Of a DNA stretch of 64,000 bases, positions 30,453-39,417 are shown one piece after another. The DNA is from Deltaproteobacteria bacterium. Lineage in GTDB: Bacteria > Desulfobacterota > Desulfomonilia > UBA1062. Position numbers and translations under genes: made by a program. The DNA lies in the NCBI GenBank assembly GCA_029547045.1, contig JAKPQL010000022.1, forward strand, positions 6,450 to 70,449. Reading direction: 5' to 3'. Position 1 is the stretch's first letter. Each line of letters opens with the position of its first letter. The notes beneath the pieces are model-generated. The model was not told the origin of the DNA, did no database searches, and saw nothing but the letters and a program-made list of their open reading frames with translations.

Positions 30453-30689
30453 AAACAAGCAGATCGAGTGTTTTATCACGAGTCAAGATCTTGACATAGA
30501 AGAGGAAGATGAAGCGTATGTAGCTAAAGTACATAATAGCATGAAGATCCTGAATGACGTGTCTGAAAAGGATTTGTTGGAAATAAAAGCTGTTTGCATC
30601 GATATTCTCAGGAAACATCTTGATGACACGAAGAAAATTATCGAGGGGCTTAAGTGAACATATTCAGGAAGGAGTGAATAGAACGTCTC

Positions 30690-31220
30690 ATGACCATCTT
30701 CATCATCGTCGGAATGCCGGCAGCGGGCAAGAACATTGCCCGCGACTATGCACAATCAAAGGGGTACCCCTACTACGCCACCGGCGACCTCGTGCGGGCC
30801 GAGGTGAAGAAGCGCGGTCTGTCAGCCGACCCGCAGGGCATGGCAGCAGTGTCCGACGAGCTCCGCGGCGCGGACGGCATGGGGGTCACCCGGCTCGCCC
30901 TCAAGACGGCCCTGGCGGAGAAGGGGCCCGTGGTGTTCCTGGAGGGCATGCGCTCCTGGCCCGAGATCGAGCTCATCGCGAAGGACTCGGACTGCGTGGT
31001 CATCGCATTTCTCGCGCCGAGAGGCCTCAGGAAGGACCGCATCGTGTCCCGCGGCCGCTCCGACGACTCGGCGGACGCCTTCGACGCCCGTGACCAGAGG
31101 GAGATCGCCTACGGCACGAGCATCCCCATCGCGCTCGCCGACGAGTACATCCTGAACACGGGCAGGGTGCAGGACGCCCTCGATGCCCTTGATGCGGCCG
31201 TGAAGAGGCGCCTGGCCTAG
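30690..31220 (+). CDS. P-loop nucleoside/nucleotide kinase-like protein (dephospho-CoA kinase / archaeal-type adenylate kinase-like)
   Basis: Walker A GMPAAGKN at the N-terminus. Size is 176 aa. Confidence 0.6.
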   Translation: MTIFIIVGMPAAGKNIARDYAQSKGYPYYATGDLVRAEVKKRGLSADPQGMAAVSDELRGADGMGVTRLALKTALAEKGPVVFLEGMRSWPEIELIAKDSDCVVIAFLAPRGLRKDRIVSRGRSDDSADAFDARDQREIAYGTSIPIALADEYILNTGRVQDALDALDAAVKRRLA

Positions 31221-31221
31221 A

Positions 31222-32217
31222 CTACTTCGCCGGGATGTGCTCCCTGGGCCGCACCTCCACGAGGGTGACGGCCGTGACCGGGCATACGGACCCGCACAGG
31301 CCGCAGCCGATGCAGGCCTCGGCCTTGACCGCCGCGACGTCCGCCTCGATGGCAATGGCCTCCACCGGGCAGATCTCCTCGCACAGGCCGCAGCCCGAGC
31401 ACGCGTCCGCATCCACCAGTGCCCGGTAGCGGCTGGGCGACAGCACGCCCTTCATCTTCTCCGCAGTGGCGAACCGGAGCATCTCGCAGCAGCAGTTGCA
31501 GCAGTTGCAGATCACGTTGGACTTGCCGCCCGTGTTCTCGGTCATGTGGACCAGGCCCGCCTCCCGCGCCTGCTTCAAAATGTCCAGGGCCTCGTCCATG
31601 CTCACCTTCCTGCCCGTGCCCCGCTTGATGGTGTACTCGGCGCCCCGGTTCAGCTGCAGGCACACCTCCTGCGGTTTGTCGCAGCGCTTCATGAGCTTGC
31701 GGCACACGCAGGTGGTCACGGCGATGGCGCTCGAGCTCTCGAGCATGCTCAGTGCGTCCTCGTAGGCCAGCACCTGGTTCCTGGCCTGAATGGTCTCGCC
31801 TATGGGGATCACCCGCATGAAGGAGGGGAGCTTGAGCGTGGTGACGAGCTCGAGCAGCTGGGGGTAGTCGGTCTCCTCGAACTCCTCCCAGAGCCGGAAC
31901 ATCTCTTCCGGGGCCTCCTTCCACAGGATGGTGGCGTCGTGGAACTGCACGATGTGCCGGGGTCCCCGGTAGTAGGTGACGCCGTCCCTGACGAAGTCGA
32001 AGGCCACGCCGCGGTGAAAGAGCCCGTCGATGGTGGCCTGCATCTCTTCGGAGGATTTGGAGAAGGCTGCTGAGAGCTCCTCAACGGTGGCGGGCATGCG
32101 GTTCACGATGGCCGCCTCCTCCTCGGTGCACACGGTCCTCCAGATGAGCGGCATCACCCGCGAGTTCTCCATCATGAGCTTCTTGGACAATTCCCGGTAC
32201 ACGTCTTGCGATTCCAT
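31222..32217 (-). CDS. 4Fe-4S dicluster domain protein with Cys-rich CNCCNCCC motif
   Basis: Two C-x2-C-x2-C-x3-CP ferredoxin motifs at the C-terminus plus an unusual CNCCNCCCEM cluster. The start was chosen at MESQDV, because the annotated longer ORF runs into the divergent region. Confidence 0.65.
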   Translation of the reverse strand: MESQDVYRELSKKLMMENSRVMPLIWRTVCTEEEAAIVNRMPATVEELSAAFSKSSEEMQATIDGLFHRGVAFDFVRDGVTYYRGPRHIVQFHDATILWKEAPEEMFRLWEEFEETDYPQLLELVTTLKLPSFMRVIPIGETIQARNQVLAYEDALSMLESSSAIAVTTCVCRKLMKRCDKPQEVCLQLNRGAEYTIKRGTGRKVSMDEALDILKQAREAGLVHMTENTGGKSNVICNCCNCCCEMLRFATAEKMKGVLSPSRYRALVDADACSGCGLCEEICPVEAIAIEADVAAVKAEACIGCGLCGSVCPVTAVTLVEVRPREHIPAK

Positions 32218-32320
32218 GGGCACCCCCTTATAAGATTCTATTGTAGCCCTGCCGAAGAGGTATGTGCAAGACCGTAGTATGGTATGACATTCATTCTGAA
32301 GCAGGGAGGGAGGACAAGGC

Positions 32321-33190
32321 GTGCACCAGCTGTTTTCCCACGAGGACATCCGCAGGACCTACGAGGAGCTCACCTGGCACTGCAGGAGCAAGGACATCAT
32401 CCAGGAGTATGCCCTGAACACGCAGGACATCCGCCAGGTCGCCCTGGGAGGGCTCGACCTCTCGCATGCCGGCACCGTGCTCGACCTGGGGTGCGGGTAC
32501 GGGTTCTTCACCGAGATGCTCGCCTCCCGGCTGCGGCCCGGCACGAAGATCATGGGCATCGACATGGTGAACCACCGGAACAAGGAGACCTTCCTGGACA
32601 CGCTCACCGTGAAGGGCTGCAGGCCCTCCTTCATCCAGGGGAGCGCGGACATCATCCGGGACATGGAGGCCTCCTCCTTCGACCTGGTGGTGGCCAGCTA
32701 CTCCCTCTACTTCTTCCCCCACCTCATAGGCGAGATCGCCCGGGTGCTCCGCAGCGGAGGGGTCTTCATCACCGTGACCCACAGCGTGCACTCTCTCAAG
32801 GAGCTCACCTCCTTCGTGCCCTTTGCCATGCGGGCCGCCGGCATCGATCCGCCTGCGGATCTCAGGATCAGCCGGCTCTTCAGGGCCTTTTCCCTGGAGA
32901 ACGGTCATGCGCTGCTGTCCCCCCACTTCCGCGACGTGGAGTGCATCGTGTACGAGAACTCGCTGGCCTTCCCCCTGGACCGGTTCGAGGCGTGCATCGA
33001 CTACCTCGACACCAAGAAGCACCTCCTCCTCAAGGAGGTGGCGGACTCCCACCCCGCCAAGTTCGATGAGGTCCTGTCCGTGCTGATCAAGTCCCTGTTC
33101 GATCACGCCCGGGCCCACGGCAAGGTGCTCATCACCAAGGACGACGGCATCTTCCGGTGCCGGATGCCCGTGCACGGGAGGGCGTCATGA
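32321..33190 (+). CDS. Class I SAM-dependent methyltransferase
   Basis: GTG start. Motif I VLDLGCGYGFF. Confidence 0.8.
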   Translation: MHQLFSHEDIRRTYEELTWHCRSKDIIQEYALNTQDIRQVALGGLDLSHAGTVLDLGCGYGFFTEMLASRLRPGTKIMGIDMVNHRNKETFLDTLTVKGCRPSFIQGSADIIRDMEASSFDLVVASYSLYFFPHLIGEIARVLRSGGVFITVTHSVHSLKELTSFVPFAMRAAGIDPPADLRISRLFRAFSLENGHALLSPHFRDVECIVYENSLAFPLDRFEACIDYLDTKKHLLLKEVADSHPAKFDEVLSVLIKSLFDHARAHGKVLITKDDGIFRCRMPVHGRAS

Positions 33191-34188
33191 AGAAGCAGCG
33201 GATCTATTGCCCCCATTGCGCAGGGCCCGTGGTGCGGCGCATGGTGGAAGGCAGGGACAGGGACCAGTGCACCGTGTGCCAGGCGGTCTTCTACGAGAAC
33301 CCCCTGCCCGTGGCGTGCGCCATCGTGGTGAACGAGGACCGGCAGGTCCTGCTCGTCCAGCGCGACAAGGAGCCCTTCAAGGGCATGTGGTGCCTGCCCA
33401 TCGGGTTCGCCGAGTCCGGCGAGGAGGTGCGCGAGGCGGCGCTCCGCGAGCTGGAGGAGGAGGCCGGGGTCACGGGCAGGATCGTGCGGCTCATCGACGT
33501 GGACACCATCGAGAACGACTTCTACGGCAGCCTGGCCATCGTCACCTACGAGATCAGGGCCACGGGCGGCGAGGTGAGGCCAGGCGACGACGCCGCGGAC
33601 GCGCGGTACTTCCCCATCGCCGACCTGCCGCCCCTGGCCTGGTCGTCCAACGAGAAGGCGGTGCGGATCTACATGGACCTGTACCGCGACACCTGGGCCA
33701 TGATGGATTCCTTCCGTGAGCTCTTCCCGGACCTGGGCACGGAGACCGGGGTGGACCCGTACGCCCCCTCCCACGGGCACCTGCTCTCCAATATCCTGGT
33801 GAAGATCATCGACAAGGACCGCGACGAGATCACCCGGGCGTGGGCCGCCGAGGTGAAGGCGGGCATCCCATCCCTGGTGACGCGCATGGATGTGCTCGTG
33901 GGCATCAACCGCACCGTGCTCGAGGGCGTCAAGGACGGACTGGAAAAGAAGCCTTTCGACAGGGCCCGGTTCGTGGAGGCTGGCAGGCTCCTGCGGCAGC
34001 TGGGGCTGCGGCTGCCCGACATCCTCAATGCGCTGGCGCTCAGCAGGAAGAGCATCTGGGTGCACGTGATCGGGCAGAAGATCCTGTCGTCACCGCTGGA
34101 GATCTACAGCACCCTGGAGCTCAACAACCGCATCATCTTCCTATACGACAAGGTGAACTACCACATCACCGAGGGGTACACGGGCTGA
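33187..34188 (+). CDS. NUDIX hydrolase with N-terminal zinc ribbon and ~200-aa C-terminal extension
   Basis: C-x2-C…C-x2-C at the N-terminus. The Nudix box GFAESGEEVREAALRELEEEAGV. The start overlaps the methyltransferase stop (ATGA). Confidence 0.8.
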   Translation: MKKQRIYCPHCAGPVVRRMVEGRDRDQCTVCQAVFYENPLPVACAIVVNEDRQVLLVQRDKEPFKGMWCLPIGFAESGEEVREAALRELEEEAGVTGRIVRLIDVDTIENDFYGSLAIVTYEIRATGGEVRPGDDAADARYFPIADLPPLAWSSNEKAVRIYMDLYRDTWAMMDSFRELFPDLGTETGVDPYAPSHGHLLSNILVKIIDKDRDEITRAWAAEVKAGIPSLVTRMDVLVGINRTVLEGVKDGLEKKPFDRARFVEAGRLLRQLGLRLPDILNALALSRKSIWVHVIGQKILSSPLEIYSTLELNNRIIFLYDKVNYHITEGYTG

Positions 34189-34200
34189 GACGCCCTGCCT

Positions 34201-35166
34201 TCAACGGGGCACGTTCCAGATGAATTCACCGTGACGGAGGAAGTGCTCCACCTGCTGTACGCTCTGCAGGGCCTTGCGCCCCACGGACTCCACGGTATTG
34301 AAGGCGTTGTGGGGCGTGAGGATGGCCCGCGGGTGCCGCGCCAGGGCCAGCACGGTCCGGACCGCGTCCGCGGATTCCTGTGACCCGGCCCGCAGGGCCG
34401 TGGCCAGCGCGGCCTCGTCCTGGTAGACATCGAGTCCCACCCCTGACAGACGGCCCTCGTCCAGGAGCTTCAGGAGGTCCTGCTCTTTTGCGAACTCGCC
34501 CCGGGCGATGTTCACGAAGATGGCCCCCTTCCTGGTGGTGTTCAGGAGCGCCTCGGAGAAGTAGCCGCGGTTCTCGGCGGTGAGGTTCATGGCGCACACG
34601 ATGACATCCGCCAGGGGGATCGCCTCGTCCCGACCCAGGTACTCGACATCTCCATGGCGCTGGACGATGTCCACGCCGATGACCCTCATGCCGAGGCCCG
34701 CTCCGATGCGGCACACCTCGTGCCCTATGGAGCCCACGCCCACCACCACCAGGGTCCTGCCCTGGCATTCCATGCCCGTGAGGCCGTCCCGCTCGAAGCG
34801 CGGGAGGTGGTCCGTCTGGTCCCTGATCCTGCGCATGAGTCCAAGCCAGAGCAGGAGTGCCTGCTCGGCTACGGCCCTGCTGCAGTACAGGGGCAGGTAG
34901 CCTGCCGGAAGGCAGCTGCCGGTATCGTCGAGAAAGGTCCGCACGTGGTCGTACCCGGTGCTCCTGGTCAGGATGGCCCGAACCTGCGCCGCCCACGAAG
35001 GAGGGATCACGGACTGGGTCCGGATGCTCACTATGCCCGCGGGCGGACCCGTGTGTCCGGACTCCTGGATGGTATCCCTGGTGAACCCTGCGCTGATGCC
35101 CGGCGGAAGGCAGGTGCGAAGCGCCTGCTCCTCCTCGGCAAAGGCCTCGTAGAAGAACACGTCCAT
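34201..35166 (-). CDS. D-isomer-specific 2-hydroxyacid dehydrogenase family protein
   Basis: NAD-binding GVGSIGHEV and the family motifs (…IFVNIARG…, …LTPHNAF…). Confidence 0.85.
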   Translation of the reverse strand: MDVFFYEAFAEEEQALRTCLPPGISAGFTRDTIQESGHTGPPAGIVSIRTQSVIPPSWAAQVRAILTRSTGYDHVRTFLDDTGSCLPAGYLPLYCSRAVAEQALLLWLGLMRRIRDQTDHLPRFERDGLTGMECQGRTLVVVGVGSIGHEVCRIGAGLGMRVIGVDIVQRHGDVEYLGRDEAIPLADVIVCAMNLTAENRGYFSEALLNTTRKGAIFVNIARGEFAKEQDLLKLLDEGRLSGVGLDVYQDEAALATALRAGSQESADAVRTVLALARHPRAILTPHNAFNTVESVGRKALQSVQQVEHFLRHGEFIWNVPR

Positions 35167-35240
35167 GCATGTGCAGTGTATCGGATTCGGACTGTGGTGA
35201 CAATGCGCCGGTGTGTCTAGGAGGTCTCAAGTTCCAGGAC

Positions 35241-36524
35241 ATGAACGCCGTAACATACCCACAGGGGCATGGGCATTCCTTATTCTGGACGATTCCTTAT
35301 GGAGATGCGCGGCGCATGATGGCGGTGCTTTCGTTCTTTCTGCCCGGGGGGGCGCTGTTCCTGGCATCGCTGGTCCTCGTCCACGTACCTGCCGTCCGTG
35401 AGCACCTTCCAGAGATAGTGGCCGTCTATCCCCTGGCAATCTACGTCATCGCCGCTGTGTTCGGGTGGAGGTTCAACCGGTCGGTGCTGGTCTTCGGCAC
35501 GGTGGCCATTGCCCTGAGCCACTGGTGCCTGGTGCATTTCGGGGTTCCCCGGCCCGAGGGGGAGCTGGCCTGGCACATCGCCTTCGGCTCCGCAGCCCTG
35601 CTCCTGCCGCTGAACCTGCTGGCCCTGTCGCTCTTCAAGGAGCGGGGCATCTTCACGGCGCGGGGGGCGCTCAGGCTCGGCATGATCCTCGTGCAGCCGC
35701 TTCTGGTGGGAGTGCTGGCCGGCCGCGACCCGGGCCGGTATGTGGATCTGATAGAGAACGACCCGCTCCCGTTCCTCAAGGTCTTGGAGGTGCCGCAGGT
35801 CCCCGCCGCCGCGACCCTGGTGTCCCTCGTCGTGGCGGGTTGCCTCTATTTACGGAGCCGTGGCGCACGGGAGAGCGGGCTGTTCTGGACACTGTGCGCA
35901 GTGTTCGCCGGGTTTTCCGCTGCCTCCCGGCAGGACTCGATGGTCTTCTTCCTGGCCACGGCATGCCTGATCCTGCTGGTGTCCATAGTAGAGGTGTCCC
36001 ATGCCTTGGCGTTCCGGGACGAGCTCACCGGCCTGCCCTCCCGCAGGGCCCTGCGGGAGGACCTCCTCAAGCTGGGCAGTGACTACTGCCTGGCCATGCT
36101 CGACATCGACCACTTCAAGAAGTTCAACGACAGACACGGCCACGACGTGGGCGACCAGGTGCTCCGCATGGTGGCCTTCCGCCTCGCCCAGGTCGAGGGC
36201 GGCGGCAAGGCGTTCCGCTACGGGGGCGAGGAGTTCACGGTGATCTTCCCGGGCAGGGCCGCGGATGACGCCCTGGAGCACCTCGAAGAGCTCCGCAGGA
36301 AGGTGGCCGCCTCGTCCTTTGCCATACGGTCGCCGCTGCGCCCAAGGAAAAGGCCTGCAAACCCTTCCCGGAAAAAGGCCGCACCGAAGAAGGTGTCTGT
36401 GACCATCAGCATCGGCGCAGCCTGGCCCAGGGCCGGGTCAGCATCCCCGGACGAGGTGCTCAAGGCGGCGGACAAGGCCCTGTACCGGGCAAAGAAGAAG
36501 GGCAGGAACCAGGTCTCCACCTGA
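35241..36524 (+). CDS. Membrane-anchored GGDEF diguanylate cyclase
   Basis: Multiple TM helices are followed by a GGDEF domain (…RYGGEEF…). The start is ambiguous (35169, 35241 or 35319). Confidence 0.8.
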   Translation: MNAVTYPQGHGHSLFWTIPYGDARRMMAVLSFFLPGGALFLASLVLVHVPAVREHLPEIVAVYPLAIYVIAAVFGWRFNRSVLVFGTVAIALSHWCLVHFGVPRPEGELAWHIAFGSAALLLPLNLLALSLFKERGIFTARGALRLGMILVQPLLVGVLAGRDPGRYVDLIENDPLPFLKVLEVPQVPAAATLVSLVVAGCLYLRSRGARESGLFWTLCAVFAGFSAASRQDSMVFFLATACLILLVSIVEVSHALAFRDELTGLPSRRALREDLLKLGSDYCLAMLDIDHFKKFNDRHGHDVGDQVLRMVAFRLAQVEGGGKAFRYGGEEFTVIFPGRAADDALEHLEELRRKVAASSFAIRSPLRPRKRPANPSRKKAAPKKVSVTISIGAAWPRAGSASPDEVLKAADKALYRAKKKGRNQVST

Positions 36525-36634
36525 GCGGCCCCATAGGAAAAACAGTACACACCGGCTGCGCAAACATTTGCCCACAGGCCGGGGCGGCGCCCTCCTATAG
36601 CTTTCAATCAATTGAAAACATAGATGATACTGCA

Positions 36635-36650
36635 TGGCACGCTCATTGCT
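36635..36650 (+). promoter_or_regulatory. Sigma-54 (RpoN) -24/-12 promoter element TGGCAC-N5-TTGCT
   Basis: The sequence tggcac gctca ttgct is an exact consensus match in an AT-richer intergenic region, about 65 nt upstream of ATG 36716. Confidence 0.5.
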
Positions 36651-36715
36651 GATGAAAGTGTATAATATTGTTCATATTACAGCTAATACCCCGCAGGGGT
36701 GGAAGGGGTCGTGCG

Positions 36716-37024
36716 ATGCTGAATGAACATGGAATGACGGATTCAGGGAAGCGGTGCAAGAAGGCTGCAGCCTCCATCCTGGAACTGCTCAAGTACCAGT
36801 GCCAGGGTTTCATCCTCCCCCCCTCAGAGGTGAAGAGCCTCCTGGGACTTTCCAGGGACGACAAGGCCTGGCACCTCCACGCCTGCATCGACCGGCTCAG
36901 AAAGGAGCTCGCCAGGTGCTTCGTGGCCATGGATGTCAACCCGGTCCAGGGCATTACGGTCCAGCTCTACAAGGTCCCCCTCCAGTCGTATGTGCTCTGC
37001 TCGCCAAGGAGCATGAGGCAGTAG
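36716..37024 (+). CDS. Small Cys-containing hypothetical protein (102 aa)
   Basis: First gene downstream of the sigma-54 element. No family recognised. Confidence 0.45.
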   Translation: MLNEHGMTDSGKRCKKAAASILELLKYQCQGFILPPSEVKSLLGLSRDDKAWHLHACIDRLRKELARCFVAMDVNPVQGITVQLYKVPLQSYVLCSPRSMRQ

Positions 37025-37180
37025 GTCGAGTCACCGGCATTCTCGGATTCCGCCTGCCGTGCACCCTTTCCACGGGTGCATGGCGATGTCCCCGCATGTA
37101 CCTCCGGAAGAGCGCTGTTGACAAGCGCCCGGATTGTGTCACACTGGGGATGAACGATTCTCCCTGCAGGAGGGCATGCC

Positions 37181-38200
37181 ATGGCCATACTCTTCAGTCC
37201 CCTTGACCAGGCGCCCCAGGGCGCCCTGACCTCGCTCCGGACGCTGCTGAAGCGGATGGAGGCGCCCTTTGCCCCGGGCGCTTCGGTGGGCATCAAGCTC
37301 CACTGGGGAGAGAGGGGCAACAAGAGCTTCCTCGATCCCGTCTATGCCCGGGAGATCGCACAATGGCTCTCGACAAAAGGTTTCACCCCCTTCGTGTTCG
37401 ACACCTCGGTGCTCTACTCCGGCGGGCGCCGCCAGGGCAAGGATTCCCTGGAGACAGCCGCGAGCCACGGGTACACACCGGACTTTCTCGGCTGCCCCGT
37501 TCTCATCGCCGACGGCCTGGACGGCCGCGACGTCATCGACATCGAGGCCGGGTACAGGCACTTCAAGACCGCCCAGGTGGCCTCGCTCACCCGCAGGGCA
37601 GACGGGTTCGTGATCTTCTCCCACTTCAAGGGCCACCTGGCGGCCGGTTTCGGCGGGGCCATCAAGAACATCTCCATGGGGTTCGCCTCCCGCGCCCAGA
37701 AGCAGCGCATGCACGCGGATGTGAAGCCCATCCTCAACCGCAAGAAGTGCACCCGGTGCGGGGTGTGCGTGGAGGTGTGCCCCACGGGCGCAGCCGCCAT
37801 CGTGGAAGGCGAATACCCCACCTATGATGCCGAGGTTTGCATCGGCTGCGCCCAGTGCATCGCCCAGTGCCCCGAGATGGCCCTGCGGATCCTGTGGGGC
37901 AGCGACAACGAGGCCTTCCAGGAGAAGCTCATCGAGACCGCTGCCGCTGTCTGGAAGGTCATCGGGGGAAAGACCGTGCTCATCAACGCGCTCATCAGGA
38001 TCAGCGCAGAGTGCGACTGCCTGCCCGGCAAGGCCGAGTACATCGCGCAGGACCTGGGCTTCCTCGCCGCGAACCACCCGGTGACCCTGGATGCGGAGTC
38101 CGTGTCCCGGGTGGGGGCCGATGTCATCACCAGGGCCCATTCCTACCTGCCCTGGCAGCGCCAGTTCTCCTATGCGGACGAGATCGGGTTCGGCGGGTGA
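37181..38200 (+). CDS. DUF362 domain protein with 4Fe-4S dicluster insert
   Basis: DUF362-type N-terminus and the ferredoxin motifs CTRCGVCVEVCP and CIGCAQCIAQCP. Confidence 0.75.
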   Translation: MAILFSPLDQAPQGALTSLRTLLKRMEAPFAPGASVGIKLHWGERGNKSFLDPVYAREIAQWLSTKGFTPFVFDTSVLYSGGRRQGKDSLETAASHGYTPDFLGCPVLIADGLDGRDVIDIEAGYRHFKTAQVASLTRRADGFVIFSHFKGHLAAGFGGAIKNISMGFASRAQKQRMHADVKPILNRKKCTRCGVCVEVCPTGAAAIVEGEYPTYDAEVCIGCAQCIAQCPEMALRILWGSDNEAFQEKLIETAAAVWKVIGGKTVLINALIRISAECDCLPGKAEYIAQDLGFLAANHPVTLDAESVSRVGADVITRAHSYLPWQRQFSYADEIGFGG

Positions 38201-38201
38201 T

Positions 38202-38558
38202 TTGTGCCCTGCATCAGACCTGCGCCCATGGGGCAGTGTCCTGGCCAGGGCGGTTGCCCTTGGGCTGTTCCTCGTCCTCGTCTCGTGCGAGATCACCGAT
38301 TACAACGACCTGAGCACCTCTGTGGTGATCAGGTTCGACGAGGACGGCCTCACCACGGTCATCAGCCTGGACAGGCCCGTGCGACTGCCCCTGGACGAGG
38401 ACGATGCGCTGTACATCATGGCGCACTGCTCCTGCGGATGCCAGGGAGAGCTTGTCCTGGTGGGCGAATACTGGCAGTACCCGGCGAGAGAGCATTCCTC
38501 CGGCTGCCTCATCCGCATCCACATCTATACCGGAGATGTGGACTGCTTCCCGGAATGA
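38202..38558 (+). CDS. Small lipoprotein (118 aa, lipobox LVSC)
   Basis: TTG start 2 nt after the DUF362 stop. The signal peptide LARAVALGLFLVLVSC has a lipobox Cys. A CSCGC motif follows. Confidence 0.45.
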   Translation: MCPASDLRPWGSVLARAVALGLFLVLVSCEITDYNDLSTSVVIRFDEDGLTTVISLDRPVRLPLDEDDALYIMAHCSCGCQGELVLVGEYWQYPAREHSSGCLIRIHIYTGDVDCFPE

Positions 38559-38628
38559 TGCCTCACGGCGAGAAGTCAGTCCACGGACCGGAAGGTCACA
38601 GCCCTGCGGCCTTCCATGAAGAGGGACC

Positions 38629-39417
38629 ATGACGGACACGACCCAGAGGGTGGGCGTCCTTGCCCGGCAGATCGCCCGGGGAGGGAGCAATGTCTTCTTC
38701 ACCGGCGCCGGCATCTCCACGGAGAGCGGCATACCGGACTTCCGCAGCGCGGGAGGGATCTGGAGCCGGTACAGGCCGGTCTCCTTCGACGAGTTCATGA
38801 ACTCGCGCCAGGCACGCGTCGAGTACTGGAAACAGAAGGTCGCCTTTGCCGAGCTGATGGCAGGCGTTCGTCCCAACCCCGCACACCTGGCCATAGTCAG
38901 GCTTTTCCGGATGGGCCTCGTCGAGGCGGTGATCACGCAGAATGTGGACGGCATGCACCAGGCCGCCGGCATGCCGGAGGACCGAGTCATCGAGCTCCAC
39001 GGGAACGGTCTGCGGGTACGGTGCATGTCCTGCCGCGAGGTATCTCCCCTGAAGGAGGCCCTGGACCGCATCCGCGCAGGGGACGATGCGCCCCAGTGCC
39101 GGTGCGGGGGCTTTCTCAAGCCCGACACCATCTCCTTCGGCCAGACCATGCCCGAACCCGAGGTGAGGAAGGCCTTCGGGTTGGCCCAGGCATGCGACTG
39201 CCTCGTCGTGGTGGGGTCCACCCTGGTGGTCCAGCCCGCGGCGAGCATCCCGGCCTCTGCCGTGGACGCCGGGGCCTTCCTTGCCGTCATCAACCTCTCT
39301 GAAACACCCCTGGACAAGAAGGCGGACGTGCTCATCGCGGAAAGGGCGGGCACCGTGATGGAGGGCCTCGTGGATGAGGTGGAGCGGGTGCTCGGGAAGG
39401 GGGAGAAGGACGTATGA
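38629..39417 (+). CDS. cobB: NAD-dependent protein deacylase, Sir2 family (sirtuin)
   Basis: GAGISTESGIPDFR, QNVDGMH and the Zn ribbon C-x2-C…C-x-C are canonical sirtuin motifs. Confidence 0.85.
   Translation: MTDTTQRVGVLARQIARGGSNVFFTGAGISTESGIPDFRSAGGIWSRYRPVSFDEFMNSRQARVEYWKQKVAFAELMAGVRPNPAHLAIVRLFRMGLVEAVITQNVDGMHQAAGMPEDRVIELHGNGLRVRCMSCREVSPLKEALDRIRAGDDAPQCRCGGFLKPDTISFGQTMPEPEVRKAFGLAQACDCLVVVGSTLVVQPAASIPASAVDAGAFLAVINLSETPLDKKADVLIAERAGTVMEGLVDEVERVLGKGEKDV

Noticed and set aside
38629-39417. Sir2 as a defence-type (NADase) SIR2 effector, as in Thoeris or DSR
   Set aside because: The protein keeps the complete deacylase catalytic motifs (GAGISTESGIPDFR, QNVDGMH) and the Zn ribbon. 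It is the size of housekeeping CobB and has no fused sensor domain. It was treated as a canonical sirtuin, though its operon context is still flagged.
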